A program made the position numbers and the translations under genes. Of a stretch of 64,000 bases of DNA, positions 26,441 through 39,000 are shown in pieces. Below the pieces are notes generated by a model, which ran no database searches, was not told the DNA's origin, and saw only the letters and a program-made list of their open reading frames with translations. Origin of the DNA: Ostrea edulis (lineage: Eukaryota); contig NC_079172.1 in NCBI RefSeq assembly GCF_947568905.1, forward strand, positions 31,930,001 through 31,994,000, read 5' to 3'. The first letter of the stretch is position 1. The number at the start of each line of letters is the position of its first letter.

Positions 26441-27664
26441 TTAATGAGAGACCTGACATCTACACTCATGTAATAATATTACATTGTATGCACATATGAT
26501 AATATACTAAATAACATTAACATGTATGTATTAGTTTTAAAAAAAATAAACATAAAATATTTAATATCAAAACTCAATACAAAAAAAATAAAAAATGAAT
26601 GCATGATTTGACATTTATTTTGTCTAGTTTAGTTGTAATAAGTATAAATATAAAATTCCTATAAAAATTATGGAGTTGTAAATTTTCTAAGATGTTAAAA
26701 ATTTGAAATATATTACCTCTCCCAATATAACTCCATATAAATTTTCCCCACAGTTTTGGACTCAGTTGAGAAATCGTGGGAATGAAATACGCTGCACATG
26801 GTAAATTGTATTATTTGCACATTGATAAAAGTTTCATATAAATTACAGGAAAATGTCCAAGGAACACATCAGTCCTGACCATTTGACGTTTTCTTGATTT
26901 ACTCCACATTTACACAGAATCAACACTTCACATATTACTTTACTATAAAGTCCAATGTAACTGAAAACCCCTTTCCTGTTGTGTACATTTTGGATGATTT
27001 CCATGGTCATGGTGGTATGTAATATTTTTCTTTGAAATTCAACAGAAACGTTTTTCATGGCGAAGCCATCGCTAAGCTGAGATATTTTTCTACGATGTAA
27101 AAATAACATTTTCTTGTGTATTTAATAACTAGGATCCTGTCTGCCCGTGCGTACATGGAGATCGATAATGACCAATTTTCCACGTCATTGACCGCAAGCA
27201 CCCATGGTGATTTATCGAGATACTTAACACTTTGAAATAAACTTTTGTAATAAAAACACCATGACACAAATGGCGATAGCGAATTTGGTGTTTTAATTCT
27301 TAACAAACTGTGGCATTATAATGAAAATTGCAATGAACTGATTTGCAATAATTCAAGAGTAAACTGTATAAGCAAAAAATACAACAATATGACTAATACC
27401 ATAAAATGTATTAAAAAAAAAAAAAAAAAATGAAAACAAAAAAACATGTATGAGATTGTCTTTAGAGGCCCTAAGTAATAAATCTGATAATCTCAAATGG
27501 TAAGTTTAATGTACCTATGTGATTTTACATAGTTTATGCATCAATTAAATCTCGTCAAACATAATTAATCATGTGCTGACACATGTTATGTCTGTATGGG
27601 CATTAATTTGTTTGGACTTGTCCAGAACTGGAGAACCCTTAATCTACTGAATTTCACCAGTATT

Positions 27665-28305
27665 TTTTACTGACAAAGGTGAAGATAACAATCACTGATC
27701 ATCAATCTCATGAATCCTATAAACACTACAAAATCGAGAACAGGGCAAACACGGACCCCTGGACACACCAAAGGTGGGATTAGACAAACACGGACCCCTG
27801 GACACACCAGAGGTGGGATCAGACAAACACGGACCCCTGGACACACCAAAGGTGGGATCAGACAAACACGGACTCCTGGACACACCAAAGGTGGGATCAG
27901 ACAAACACGGATCCCTGGACACACCAAGGGTGGGATCAGACAAACACGGACCCCTGGACACACCAAAGGTGGGATCAGACAAACACGGACCCCTGGACAC
28001 ACCAAAGGTGGGATCAGACAAACACGGACCCCTGGACACACCAAAGGTGGGATCAGACAAACACGGACCCCTGGACACACCAAAGGTGGGATCAGACAAA
28101 CACGGACCCCTGGACACACCAAAGGTGGGATCAGACAAACACGGACCCCTGGACACACCAAAGGTGGGATCAGATGCCTAGGAGGAGTAAGCATCCCCGG
28201 TTGACAGGTCACAGCCACCATGAGTCCTATATCTTGATCAGGTAAATCGAGTAATCTGTAGTCAAAATTAGTATGTAAAGAATGGCCTAACAATTTGAAT
28301 GAAAC
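27665..28305 (-). mobile_element. 3' fragment of a Penelope-like retroelement with an internal 39-bp expansion
   Basis: Same sequence as the 29440-29783 copy (…CATGCTTACTCCTCCTAGGCA…GATCCCACC); 11 tandem 39-bp units at 27744-28172. Confidence 0.7.
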
Positions 28306-28987
28306 ATTTTGCTTAAATTAAGATCATTATAATTGCTTTCTAAGCTCTAAGCACTAAAGTACTTTCACAATGGTTTATATATTTTAATGTTCAATCACTC
28401 AGGAAAATACAGATTTTAACCTGTATTACAATAGAACAAATTATCCGTAGCATTCAAGAAAATAATTCAAACTTTCTCATATCAAGGTCAACCCTTAAAA
28501 TTCAAACAGCTCTAAATTTGTAAGGGATGAAAAATAATAGTTAGCGAAGGCATCATGGCTTGAAGAGACCCAACTCAACACTACCCGAGAATGCTCGAAT
28601 GTTGAAAAGATTAATTACACATGTATTAAAGTGATTCTGAGAAGACCTGTCTTCTATAAAACTAGGAATCCCTATGCTGTCCCTGTACTGTCCTGGATCT
28701 AAAAAAAAAAACTTACGTTGAAACTTGTGTATTTAAATCCAGCTCAAATATAAGAAAATTCAAACATAAGTTTGCGATTTTTTTTCGAGAATCCTCGCCT
28801 GGAGGTTGTGGTATTTACACAAAGATTCAACACTACATGAGGAGGCCTGGATATTAAGGAGACTTATGACAGAGATAGCCTATTTGGCTCTGTGAATAGA
28901 TTTCCAGGGTTCAGCTGCGATGTCTGGATATGAGGAGACTTATGACAGAGATAGCCTATTCAGCTCTGTAGAATAAATTCCCAGGGT

Positions 28988-29152
28988 TCAGCTGCGATGG
29001 AGGTGAAAATTCGCTGTATTTTCTGCGGCGGTGATGCAGACAACTTTCTGTGGGTGCTGCGTCTCGGACTGTAAATACTGGTTTAGATCCACCCCGAGCT
29101 TGTGTAGTTCACTATAATGATGCAGTAGCTGTTTTTGATCCTCTTTCGTCGC
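28988..29152 (-). CDS. MVP-like gene exon 13 (terminal)
   Basis: TTTTTGTCAG| ATKEDQKQLL...KLGVDLNQYL...FHLHRS*. Confidence 0.87.
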   Translation of the reverse strand, partial: ATKEDQKQLLHHYSELHKLGVDLNQYLQSETQHPQKVVCITAAENTANFHLHRS

Positions 29153-32100
29153 CTGACAAAAATAAGACCGCCAATTAATGTTACAAGCATACGCCTGTTG
29201 GTTCTAGGTTTTGTATTCCATGCTTTGCAATGAAATTCAATCCTCAAAAAATAAATCCTTCAGAAACAGAAATGCTAAGTTTAAAGGCTCAAATCTAACA
29301 TACACAAAACCTACAGCACAAATTTTGTTTATAAAGCATTGGACAGATTCTGGTGTGATAGATTAGTCATGTTTTGATGATGCATTCAGCTATCCTTCAC
29401 ATACCAACTTCTTCATCATCGAGTTAGGATTATTAAAAATGTTGTGTGAAAGGTGAGAATAACAAACAGTGATCAATCTCATGACTCCTATAAACAATAC
29501 AAAATAGAGAGTTGGGCAAAAATGGACCCCTAGATATACCAGAGGTGGGATCAGGTGCCTAGGAGGAGTAAGCATCCCCTGCTGACCGGTCACACCCGCC
29601 ATGAGCCCTATATCTTGATCAGATAAACAGAGTTATCCGTAGTCAAAATCAGTGTGCCAAGAACGGCCTAACAATTGGTATGAAACACGTCAGACAGCAT
29701 TTGATCCAGTGATAGGTTGTATTGGTGAACTAGATCGTTATAACGACCATAGAATTTGCGACATGCTGACTTTAAACAAGTGTAATTTCTACAATGATGA
29801 CAAATTAGGATCATCGTTTTCCCCATATCACACAAAATTGGCCATTTGCAGATTCTTCCTTTATGACTACAAAATTATGCTTGTCCGTTGACCCGGTTTA
29901 CCTCAAGAGAAGCCATATTTTCCTCTGTCCAGCGGTCTCGCTTTTTCTCCTCTTCTTGTACATTCAGAGCCAGTTTGTGTTGCACTGCTGCCCTGTAAGA
30001 ATACACGTACATATACACCATACATGTTTTAGCATGCACTGTAAGCCAGGCTTGAACTGGCAAATGCCAACATGTTCATGAGAATTGACAGTGTTGTGTT
30101 TACACCTTGTATACAAACAACATCTCAGCAAAGCATGGGCTCTCATATTCTCGTCTCCTTGCTGCAGTTAGGTTCTGTACTTATTTCATTTGTTCTGTTT
30201 GTTAATAATCAGTCAAGAACCTCACTTATTTCATTTGTGTTCTTTTTCTTAAAGCAAATACTTTTTTTGATCAGAAAGATGTACTCATTTAATGATGATT
30301 AGGTCAAGGATAAATTTTAGAACACTCAGAAAAAATCTGGCCAGTCCAGAATCTGCAATATGAGAACAGGCTAATTCAATGTATTGGAAATCCATTATTT
30401 TGTTTGGTTGAAATTGGGCGACTGTTGGTCACTGAGAATACTATCTAATTTTATAAAATTCCCAGTATCCAGACTTTATATAAAACAACATTTTCTTAGT
30501 AGCAAACTTATGCTGTTTCAATACATCTTATTTTTCCACAAGCACTGACTGACATTTCAACTTGGCATAAAAAGCTGTAAGTTCACAGAATTTGAATTTA
30601 AGGAATAGATTTTGAAGTTGTTTGTATATTTTCAATGTGGGATATAAAGACAAATAAAAGAATCGAGTAATTTTCCCATAATCAGCTCAGGGACCATCAT
30701 TTCACAATTTCCAAGAACTAGGTCAATGACTCTTTAAAATTTCCATAACTGCAAAAGTCTAGTTTTGCAGGACATATTTTGTGATCAACACAGATTTTCA
30801 CACTGATGAACACAACTTCAGAATGCATTGTGTTTGCGATAACCTTTTGATCTGTGTTTACCTCTTCGTAAATCATACCTCTACGACTCTCAATGTTAAC
30901 ACCTGGATACATTAATTATATCTCATCTCAAGATACTGCTTGATACATCATTATAATTGTTTCAGCAATGATTTGTGAGATTTACATAAAAGTACAAGGT
31001 GACATAGCTAATTAAAACAGAAATTGAAAGATTCAGGTAATATATTATGTGTGATGTCACAGCAAATACATATTATGATAATGTTGTCATTAAAAACTCA
31101 CACTAACAGTATACAGATATTGACTAGGTTCAAGGACAACAGCTATTTTGTTTGAGGGTTCAAAAACCAGTTGTTGTCTGAGGACACAGTCTATAAATCT
31201 TTTGTTATACACCTTCACTCTCTTTAGATTGTTATTTTTTCCCCCTAGATGCACATAGTTTGTTGACTTTAAACTTTTAACATACATTTATCACTGTTAC
31301 CACTAGTTTAAAAGAAAACATACCCAACACATTATCAATATTTCTTAATATTTATATATTGTTTGCGTTTCTGCTCTGTGTTTCATCTAATAAATTCTGT
31401 ATTTCATCATCAGCTAAATCAGTGAACCTCGCCATTACATACACAAAGCAGCAGATCAAGAATCATGTGACTTGCATAGCCAATAGAAATAGGGAAGACT
31501 GTTGCCTGGTCAACAGTTTGCAAACTGTTGATAGGTCAATAGACCATGAGTGTGAGAGTTGGTTTAACAATTTAAAAGTTGGTTCTAAATTGTATTAGTT
31601 TTATATAGGAAAAAAGTAAGGTGTATAACAACATAAATTATTTTATGTGTAAAGCACAAATTGTTCTATGTGTAAAACACACATTAACAGCACAAATGAA
31701 ACTTACTTTTCCATGTTCTGATTGTGGGTTAAACTTTCTATTTCCATTGTTTGTTCTATAAACAAGAAAAGGAAAATTTAATAACAAAGTCCTCTTAATC
31801 AGTGTTCATTCATACATAATAAATATTCAGGAGAGTACAAGTAGTTATTTTCACTAAATTGAAGACTTTTCGTTGTCTTGAACCAGTCACTTAGTGATCA
31901 ACATAGGCATCCATGAATGAATGCAAAAGATCTAATCAGTCTTCTTACCATTGTGTATGCAAAAATAGAGTAGATGAAAATAAAAACATATCAAACTTAC
32001 TTAGGAATTCATGTAATGTAATTTAGAGCCCTAATGTCATTGTGCGGTGATATGATCAATCCAAAAAAACAGTGCATTAGAAACATTGTGATAAATTACC

Positions 32101-33002
32101 AAGTTTGAGACGATCCCTGTCATTTTTCAGCTTGAGATCAGTCATGTCTTGTTGTTGTTCTTCCTTTTCATACTGAAATGAAAGTAATTCAGGTTTATAA
32201 TATACTGAAATGAAAGTAATTCAGGTTTATAATATACTGGAATGAAAGTAATTCAGATTTGTAATACCCTGAAATGAAAGTAATTCAGATTTGTAATGAA
32301 AGGAAGCAAAAGTGAGCAAGCCCACATACCCCACGCTCCACACATTGCTTGACAATGCCTCACATAATGAATGGTAATGCTATGCATTACTGCAAGAACA
32401 GGACAGACGTGCTTGAAATTCTAAGTTCAAAAGGGGCGTAACTCCCAGAAACAATTATCGAATCAGAATTTTCTGTGAATATGCACATCTACACAGTGTG
32501 TCCTTATTAAGGAGGTATGCTACACCAGAGAAATTTGATGTAGATGAAAAGTGGAGGATATGTACAACAATATTTTGAAGTTGAAATTTTTCAAATCAAC
32601 TTTATTTTGTCAAAAAATACCGTTTTAGTATAAGGTAATCTGAAAAAAATTTAAAAGCCCTGCTGGACTTGAACCTGCGACCTACAGTTTAGCAGTCGGT
32701 ATGCTATTAAACCTACTGAGCTACTCGGCTAGGTATTTAAATTGAAAAGGAAAAGTCAAATATTGCTCCTATTGATTTTTTCCTCCATGTTTTTAAAGGA
32801 CGTCATCCATTATGACGATGTAGAGTACCTCCTTAACTACAAAGTTTGACGAAATTCTGTTGAGCAGTGTCAGAGCAGTTGTGCTGACAAGAACAGGACA
32901 GACAGACTCAAAATTCTAAGTTAAAAAAAAAGCATAACTTCCAGAAAAATTATTGAATCAGAATTCCCTGGGAATATGCACATCTACACACTGTGTCCTT
33001 AT

Positions 33003-33033
<31 letters not shown>

Positions 33034-36000
33034 AAGTCTTAGAGGAATTGCGCTGTCTTAGAGGAATTGCGCTGACAAGAAAGGGACTGACAGACTGACG
33101 AATGGGTCAAAAACATTATACCCTCCGCAACCTCATGGCGTGGGATATAATAATTGTAATACACTGAAATGAAAATAATTCATATAAATTTTGTAATAAT
33201 TGTAATACACTGAAATGAAAATAATTAAGATTTGTAACAATTGTAATATACTGAAATGAAAGTAATTCTGATTTGTAATAATTGTAACTTACTGAAATTT
33301 TGTAATAATTATAAACATGCACAGAAACAGGATCTATGACACACAGGTCACATTCAAGCTGAGAATCTGGGATGTTCTTGGCCCCATGGCCCCTCTTGGG
33401 TTTTATAACATTTAAACAGAGTTTGATGATGCATTAGGGTTGAACTAAATAGTTAAAAATGAAATTATTCAAACAACAAGGCTGCATATACATGTACATC
33501 TAATTCTATGAATGCTACTTCTTGTCAGTCTCTTACTCTGTATATGTATGTTCTCAGTCAGTTTAAATTGACAGAGGGTTTTTCAGTGAGGACAATGTCT
33601 ACAAATATACATTATCCAGAATATACACAGACAATTGATACTTACAGCCAGTTTGAGCTTGGTATGGGTCTGAATTGATACTTACAGCCAGTTTGAGCTT
33701 GGTTCAGGTCTGAATTGATACTTACAGCCAGTTTGAGCTTGGTTCAGGTCTGAATTGATACTTACAGCCAGTTTGAGCTTGGTATGGGTCTGAATTGATA
33801 CTTACAGCCAGTTTAAGCTTGGTTCAGGTCTGAATTGATACTTACAGCCAACTTGAGCTTGTTATGGGTCTGAATTGATACTTACAGCCAGTTTGAGCTT
33901 GGTTCAGGTCTGAATTGATACTTACAGCCAGTTTGAGCTTGGTTCAGGTCTAAATTGATACTTACAGCCAGTTTGAGCTTGGTTCAGGTCTGAATTGATA
34001 CTTACAGCCAACATGAGCTTGGTATGGGTCTGAATTGATACTTACAGCCAGTTTGAGCTTGGTATGGGTCTGAATTGATACTTACAGCCAGTTTGAGCTT
34101 GGTTCAGGTCTGAATTGATACTTACAGCCAGTTTGAGCTTGGTATGGGTCTGAATTGATACTTACAGCCAGTTTAAGCTTGGTTCAGGTCTGAATTGATA
34201 CTTACAGCCAACTTGAGCTTGTTATGGGTCTGAATTGATACTTACAGCCAGTTTGAGCTTGGTTCAGGTCTGAATTGATACTTACAGCCAGTTTGAGCTT
34301 GGTTCAGGTCTAAATTGATACTTACAGCCAGTTTGAGCTTGGTTCAGGTCTGAATTGATACTTACAGCCAACATGAGCTTGGTATGGGTCTGAATTGATA
34401 CTTACAGCCAGTTTGAGCTTGGTATGGGTCTGAATTGATACTTACAGCCAACTTGAGCTTGGTATGGGTCTGAATTGATACTTACAGCCAGTCTGAGCTT
34501 GGTTCAGGTCTGAATTGATACTTACAGCCAGTTTGAGCTTGGTTCGGGTCTGAATTGATACTTACAGCCAACATGAGCTTGGTATGGGTCTGAATTGATA
34601 CTTACAGCCAGTTTGAGCTTGGTTCGGGTCTGAATTGATGCATCATGAATGCGCTGGAGCTCAGGATGTGCGTGATAACCACGATACACCATTTTGGAGA
34701 TCTCATACCCAATCTTCTTGCTGCGCTCCATGAGTTGGGGGTAATTAGCAAGATCATTGAGTTCTGATGATTTCTCCATAAACTCAATATAGCTGTAAAT
34801 CAAAATGGAATTAAACTGAGAAAACTTACACAGGGTAACTTTATTTTTCAATGTGTGGGGTAGGCAGATGGAAAATGAATGACATGAATAAGACCCTTCA
34901 GTTTAGTATTTCAGCATCAGCATTCTTTGATAATGTTATCTTACAGTGAAAATCTACTAAAGAATTTCTAATCAAAGGACTTTCAATTTATGAGAATAAC
35001 ATTTGACAACTTTTGGATTTACCTGTATTTGGCAGCAAAAGCGACCACATCAGCACACACGCAGCTGAAAAAGAAAGTTACACATCGTTACTATACAATC
35101 ATATGTTTAATTGGCATGGTGTTAAAGTTATTCGATTTACTACTTTCACTCATAAAACACAATGTCAAATTATTCAAAGAAGTTGGGTGCATTGCTTCAG
35201 GATATACATGCAGGTCAACAAAATAGTGATTAAGAATTGCCGTGTTATGATTATTGTGAATTATTTTTTTGTTGATTGATTGATTACTGTTTTCCACCAC
35301 ACTCAACAAGTTTTTTTTCTTTTTTCCATGCTTTATTTTTAGACATTTACAATTACATCTACATATGATAGATGATCTCGCACACAAAATCACATACATG
35401 CATACAATATCTTCCATACAAAAACTTTCTACATGAACTAGTATTTGACAGCTTGGCATAATTTAAAGGTATTGAAAATATACCTATTAACAAAATGATA
35501 CTAAAAGTAATGATAACAAATATAACCTATAAAGCTTTGGTTTTTCATCACTTGTTATAAACAATATCATATATTGACCATTTAGTAAATATTTTGGATT
35601 TGCATCCAAACACATTTTCACAGTATTTTTCCATTTTTCTGTAGTACTTAAATAAATTCACTGCCTCAGAAAATTTTGGCCTGATTCCTTGTGATCTGGA
35701 ATAATATATGAACTATTTTGATACTAATAAAAGAAAATTTTCTAAACAGCTTCCTTCTGTATTACCAAGTAAGATGTTTGTTGATTGATTGATTACTGTT
35801 TTCCACCACACTCAACAAGTTTTTAGTAATCTGGTGGCACCCAGTTTTTATTGGTGGAAGAGAGAACCAAGATACAATGAACCTGGGAAGAGACTACCAA
35901 CCTCCCACAAGTAAACTGGGATAATTTTGCACTTACTGGCATGAGCGGGATTTGAACCTGCACTGAACAGAGGTGAGAAGCCATGTGATATTGAGCGCGA

Positions 36001-39000
36001 TGCTCTAACCACTCAGCTACGGATTCCCCCCCCCCCCCCCCCTTCCTTTTGTTGTTGTTGTGAGAACTTTTTTTTAATTTTTGTGAGAACTTTATTTTGC
36101 TATAAGAATTGCCGTTTATATCATGAATTATTTTTTTCATTGTGAGAAATTTATTTTGCTATAAGAATTGTCATGCTATAATTATTAGAATTATTTTTTC
36201 GTTGTGAGAACCTTATTTTGCTGTAAGGATTGTCATGTTATAATTATTACAATTATTTTTTCGTTGTGAGAAATTTATTTTGCTTTAAGGATTGTCGTGT
36301 TATAATTATTACAATTATTTTTTCGTTGTGAGAAATTTATTTTGCTTTAAGGATTGTCGTGTTATAATTATTACAATTATTTTTTCGTTGTGAGAAATTT
36401 ATTTTGCTTTAAGGATTGTCGTGTTATAATTATTACAATTATTTTTTCGTTGTGAGAAATTTATTTTGCTTTAAGGATTGTCGTGTTGTAATCATTAGAA
36501 TTATTTTTTCGTTGTGAGAACTTTATTTTGCTGTAAGGATTGTCGTGTTATAATTATTACAATTATTTTTTCGTTGTGAGAAATTTATTTTGCTTTAAGG
36601 ATTGTCGTGTTGTAATCATTAGAATTATTTTTTCGTTGTGAGAACTTTATTTTGCTATATTAGGATTGCTGTGTTATGATTATTGTGAATCACGTTTTCA
36701 CGACAAGAACTTTATTTTCACGTAAATTTGAACTATCACCTTGATGCAAAATTGTGAATAATATGTTATACATGGGCATACATGTACTGCACAAATCAAA
36801 GTTCTTGAAAATTAAAATACAAATCACAGAAATAAATCTCAGTGATTTATGGTAAAATACAAAATCCCAGAAATAAAGTCTCAGTGATTTACCGTAAAAT
36901 ACAAAATTCCAGAAATAAATCTCAGTGATTTATGGTAAAAAACAAAATTCCAGAAATCTGAAGTGATTTACAGCATTGAGATAATGGTCGAGGCATGAAA
37001 GATTTGGAGATTTTCAGCAAACTTTGATAATCCCATTCAGTTAGAATTTTAATACACTGAAAAAACATCAATGATTATTATAACAGATTTTCTATAATAT
37101 ACATTACCAAATAAGGTACAATATTTTGCCATGTCATCTTCAAATTTTTATTTAATGTAGATTTCCAGAGGAAAGTCTTGGGATTTTTAGCATAAAAGTG
37201 TAAACCGATATAGAGTATGCTCTTTCTGACTCCCAATTACTTTAAATGCAGTTAAAAGATTTCAATAATTTTGAAATTTCTCAGAGCTCCTGATACAATG
37301 CACTATACTAAGTATAAAATGTGAGAGAAAAATCCTTCATTATATACTGATGTAAGATAGGGAAATTTGACCTTGGCAACATGATGCGCTGTTTATGAAT
37401 CAACAAAGCCTTGTTTGGATCTGCAAATCTTGTCAACTCAGTACAATTTCTTAATCCCACACTCACTATTGAAGGATTCTATTAATCTTTTTTCAGGCCA
37501 AAACAAAAAATATATGTGTTTCTGATTTCCCGACCCTATCTACGCTTTGCTGCCAACCAAAAATATTTTACTGACGATATACGTAAATAAAAATCCAGAA
37601 TTTTCAAACTGGAGTTTTTTTCGTTTTGTGTTCAAGTTTCTCTGGTTTACATTTTGACTACTATTGATCATCAAAATATTTGAAAAGTATTTGTAATATG
37701 TCTAAAGACCTGTATTCAAAGTGTATCAAAAACTAAGATTTCAAATAAAATGTTTTGATAAAATAAAATGTTTTACCTACCTACCCCACCTAATTTTTGG
37801 GGAGTGAAATCGGAAACACATATTTTATTTTGGCCTTACAGATAAATGTAATTATCAAACCATACTTGATAATGTCTGCTATCGGGTCTTTTGTGGAGTT
37901 CAGCTGAAATAATACATACTTGTTTTAAACATTCAATACAGAACATTTCCTCCTGATTTTTGTATTTCATTTGTATTGTTTCACAATTTCCACCAACAGC
38001 CAACTCACCATCGTCTCGATTTCTTTCAACTCGTAGAACACCATAAGCTTAATTCTGATTGGTGCATCATCTTTAGTCCGCACTTCATCAACCTGCATAA
38101 AATCCATTCATTACATCCTGTAGAATGAAGTCTACTTGCACATCTTTTGTATAAACATACTTACATTAATATATGATGACATGCAAACATTAGTCACATA
38201 GGATTACATCTATCAGGAGCCCCTGTGCATTTTATGGAGGACCTCAGTTTTCTGGCTCAATAATGAACAAAGTCCACAAAAAAGAATGTCATAGTGTTTC
38301 TCATTTCATGGCTGATGAATGGTTAATCTTTATAGTTGTTTCTAACAAGAACTTTGTACTTTTATTTCTTATAAAACTGATTCAGGAGAGAAATAATTCC
38401 AAAAGATCATATCCTATACGTCAGAGTAGAAGTTGAATCTGCTCAAAAACTGCCACTAATGACACACTGACAAAAACTGCCACCAATGACACACTGACAA
38501 AAACTGCCATCAATGACACACTGACAAAACCAGCCACTAATGACACACTGACAAAAACTGCCACCAATGACACACTGACAAAAACTGCCATCAATGACAC
38601 ACTGACAAAACCAGCCACAGATGACACACTGACAAAAACTGTCACAAATGACACACTGGCAAAAACTGTCACCAATGACACACTGGCAAAGACTGCCATC
38701 AATGACACACTGACAAAAACTGTTACTAATGACACACTGACAAAAACTGTCACCAATGACACACTGACAAAAACTGTCACCAATGACACAATGACAAATA
38801 CTGCCACAAATGAAACAAACTGCCACCAATAGCACACTGACAAAAACTGCCACTAATGACACACTGACAAAAACTGTCACAAATGACACACTGGCAAAAA
38901 CTGTCACCAATGACACACTGGCAAAGACTGCCATCAATGACACACTGACAAAAACTGTTACTAATGACACACTGACAAAAACTGTCACCAATGACACACT

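Noticed and set aside
26843-27306. Two overlapping - strand ORFs suggesting a decayed gene
   Set aside because: No motif I can assign; possibly a transposon remnant.
27667-28293. Four overlapping repetitive ORFs (IPPLVCPGVRVCL etc.)
   Set aside because: Produced by a 39-bp tandem expansion in a retroelement UTR.
28860-29000. ~78-bp tandem duplication including the MVP-like stop codon
   Set aside because: The extra copy lies in the 3' UTR and does not change the protein.
29440-29640. Hammerhead ribozyme expected in Penelope-like termini
   Set aside because: No CTGANGA...GAAA core found in either copy.
33633-34639. CRISPR-like appearance of regular arrays (also 25390-25706)
   Set aside because: No unique spacers, eukaryotic context, no cas genes.
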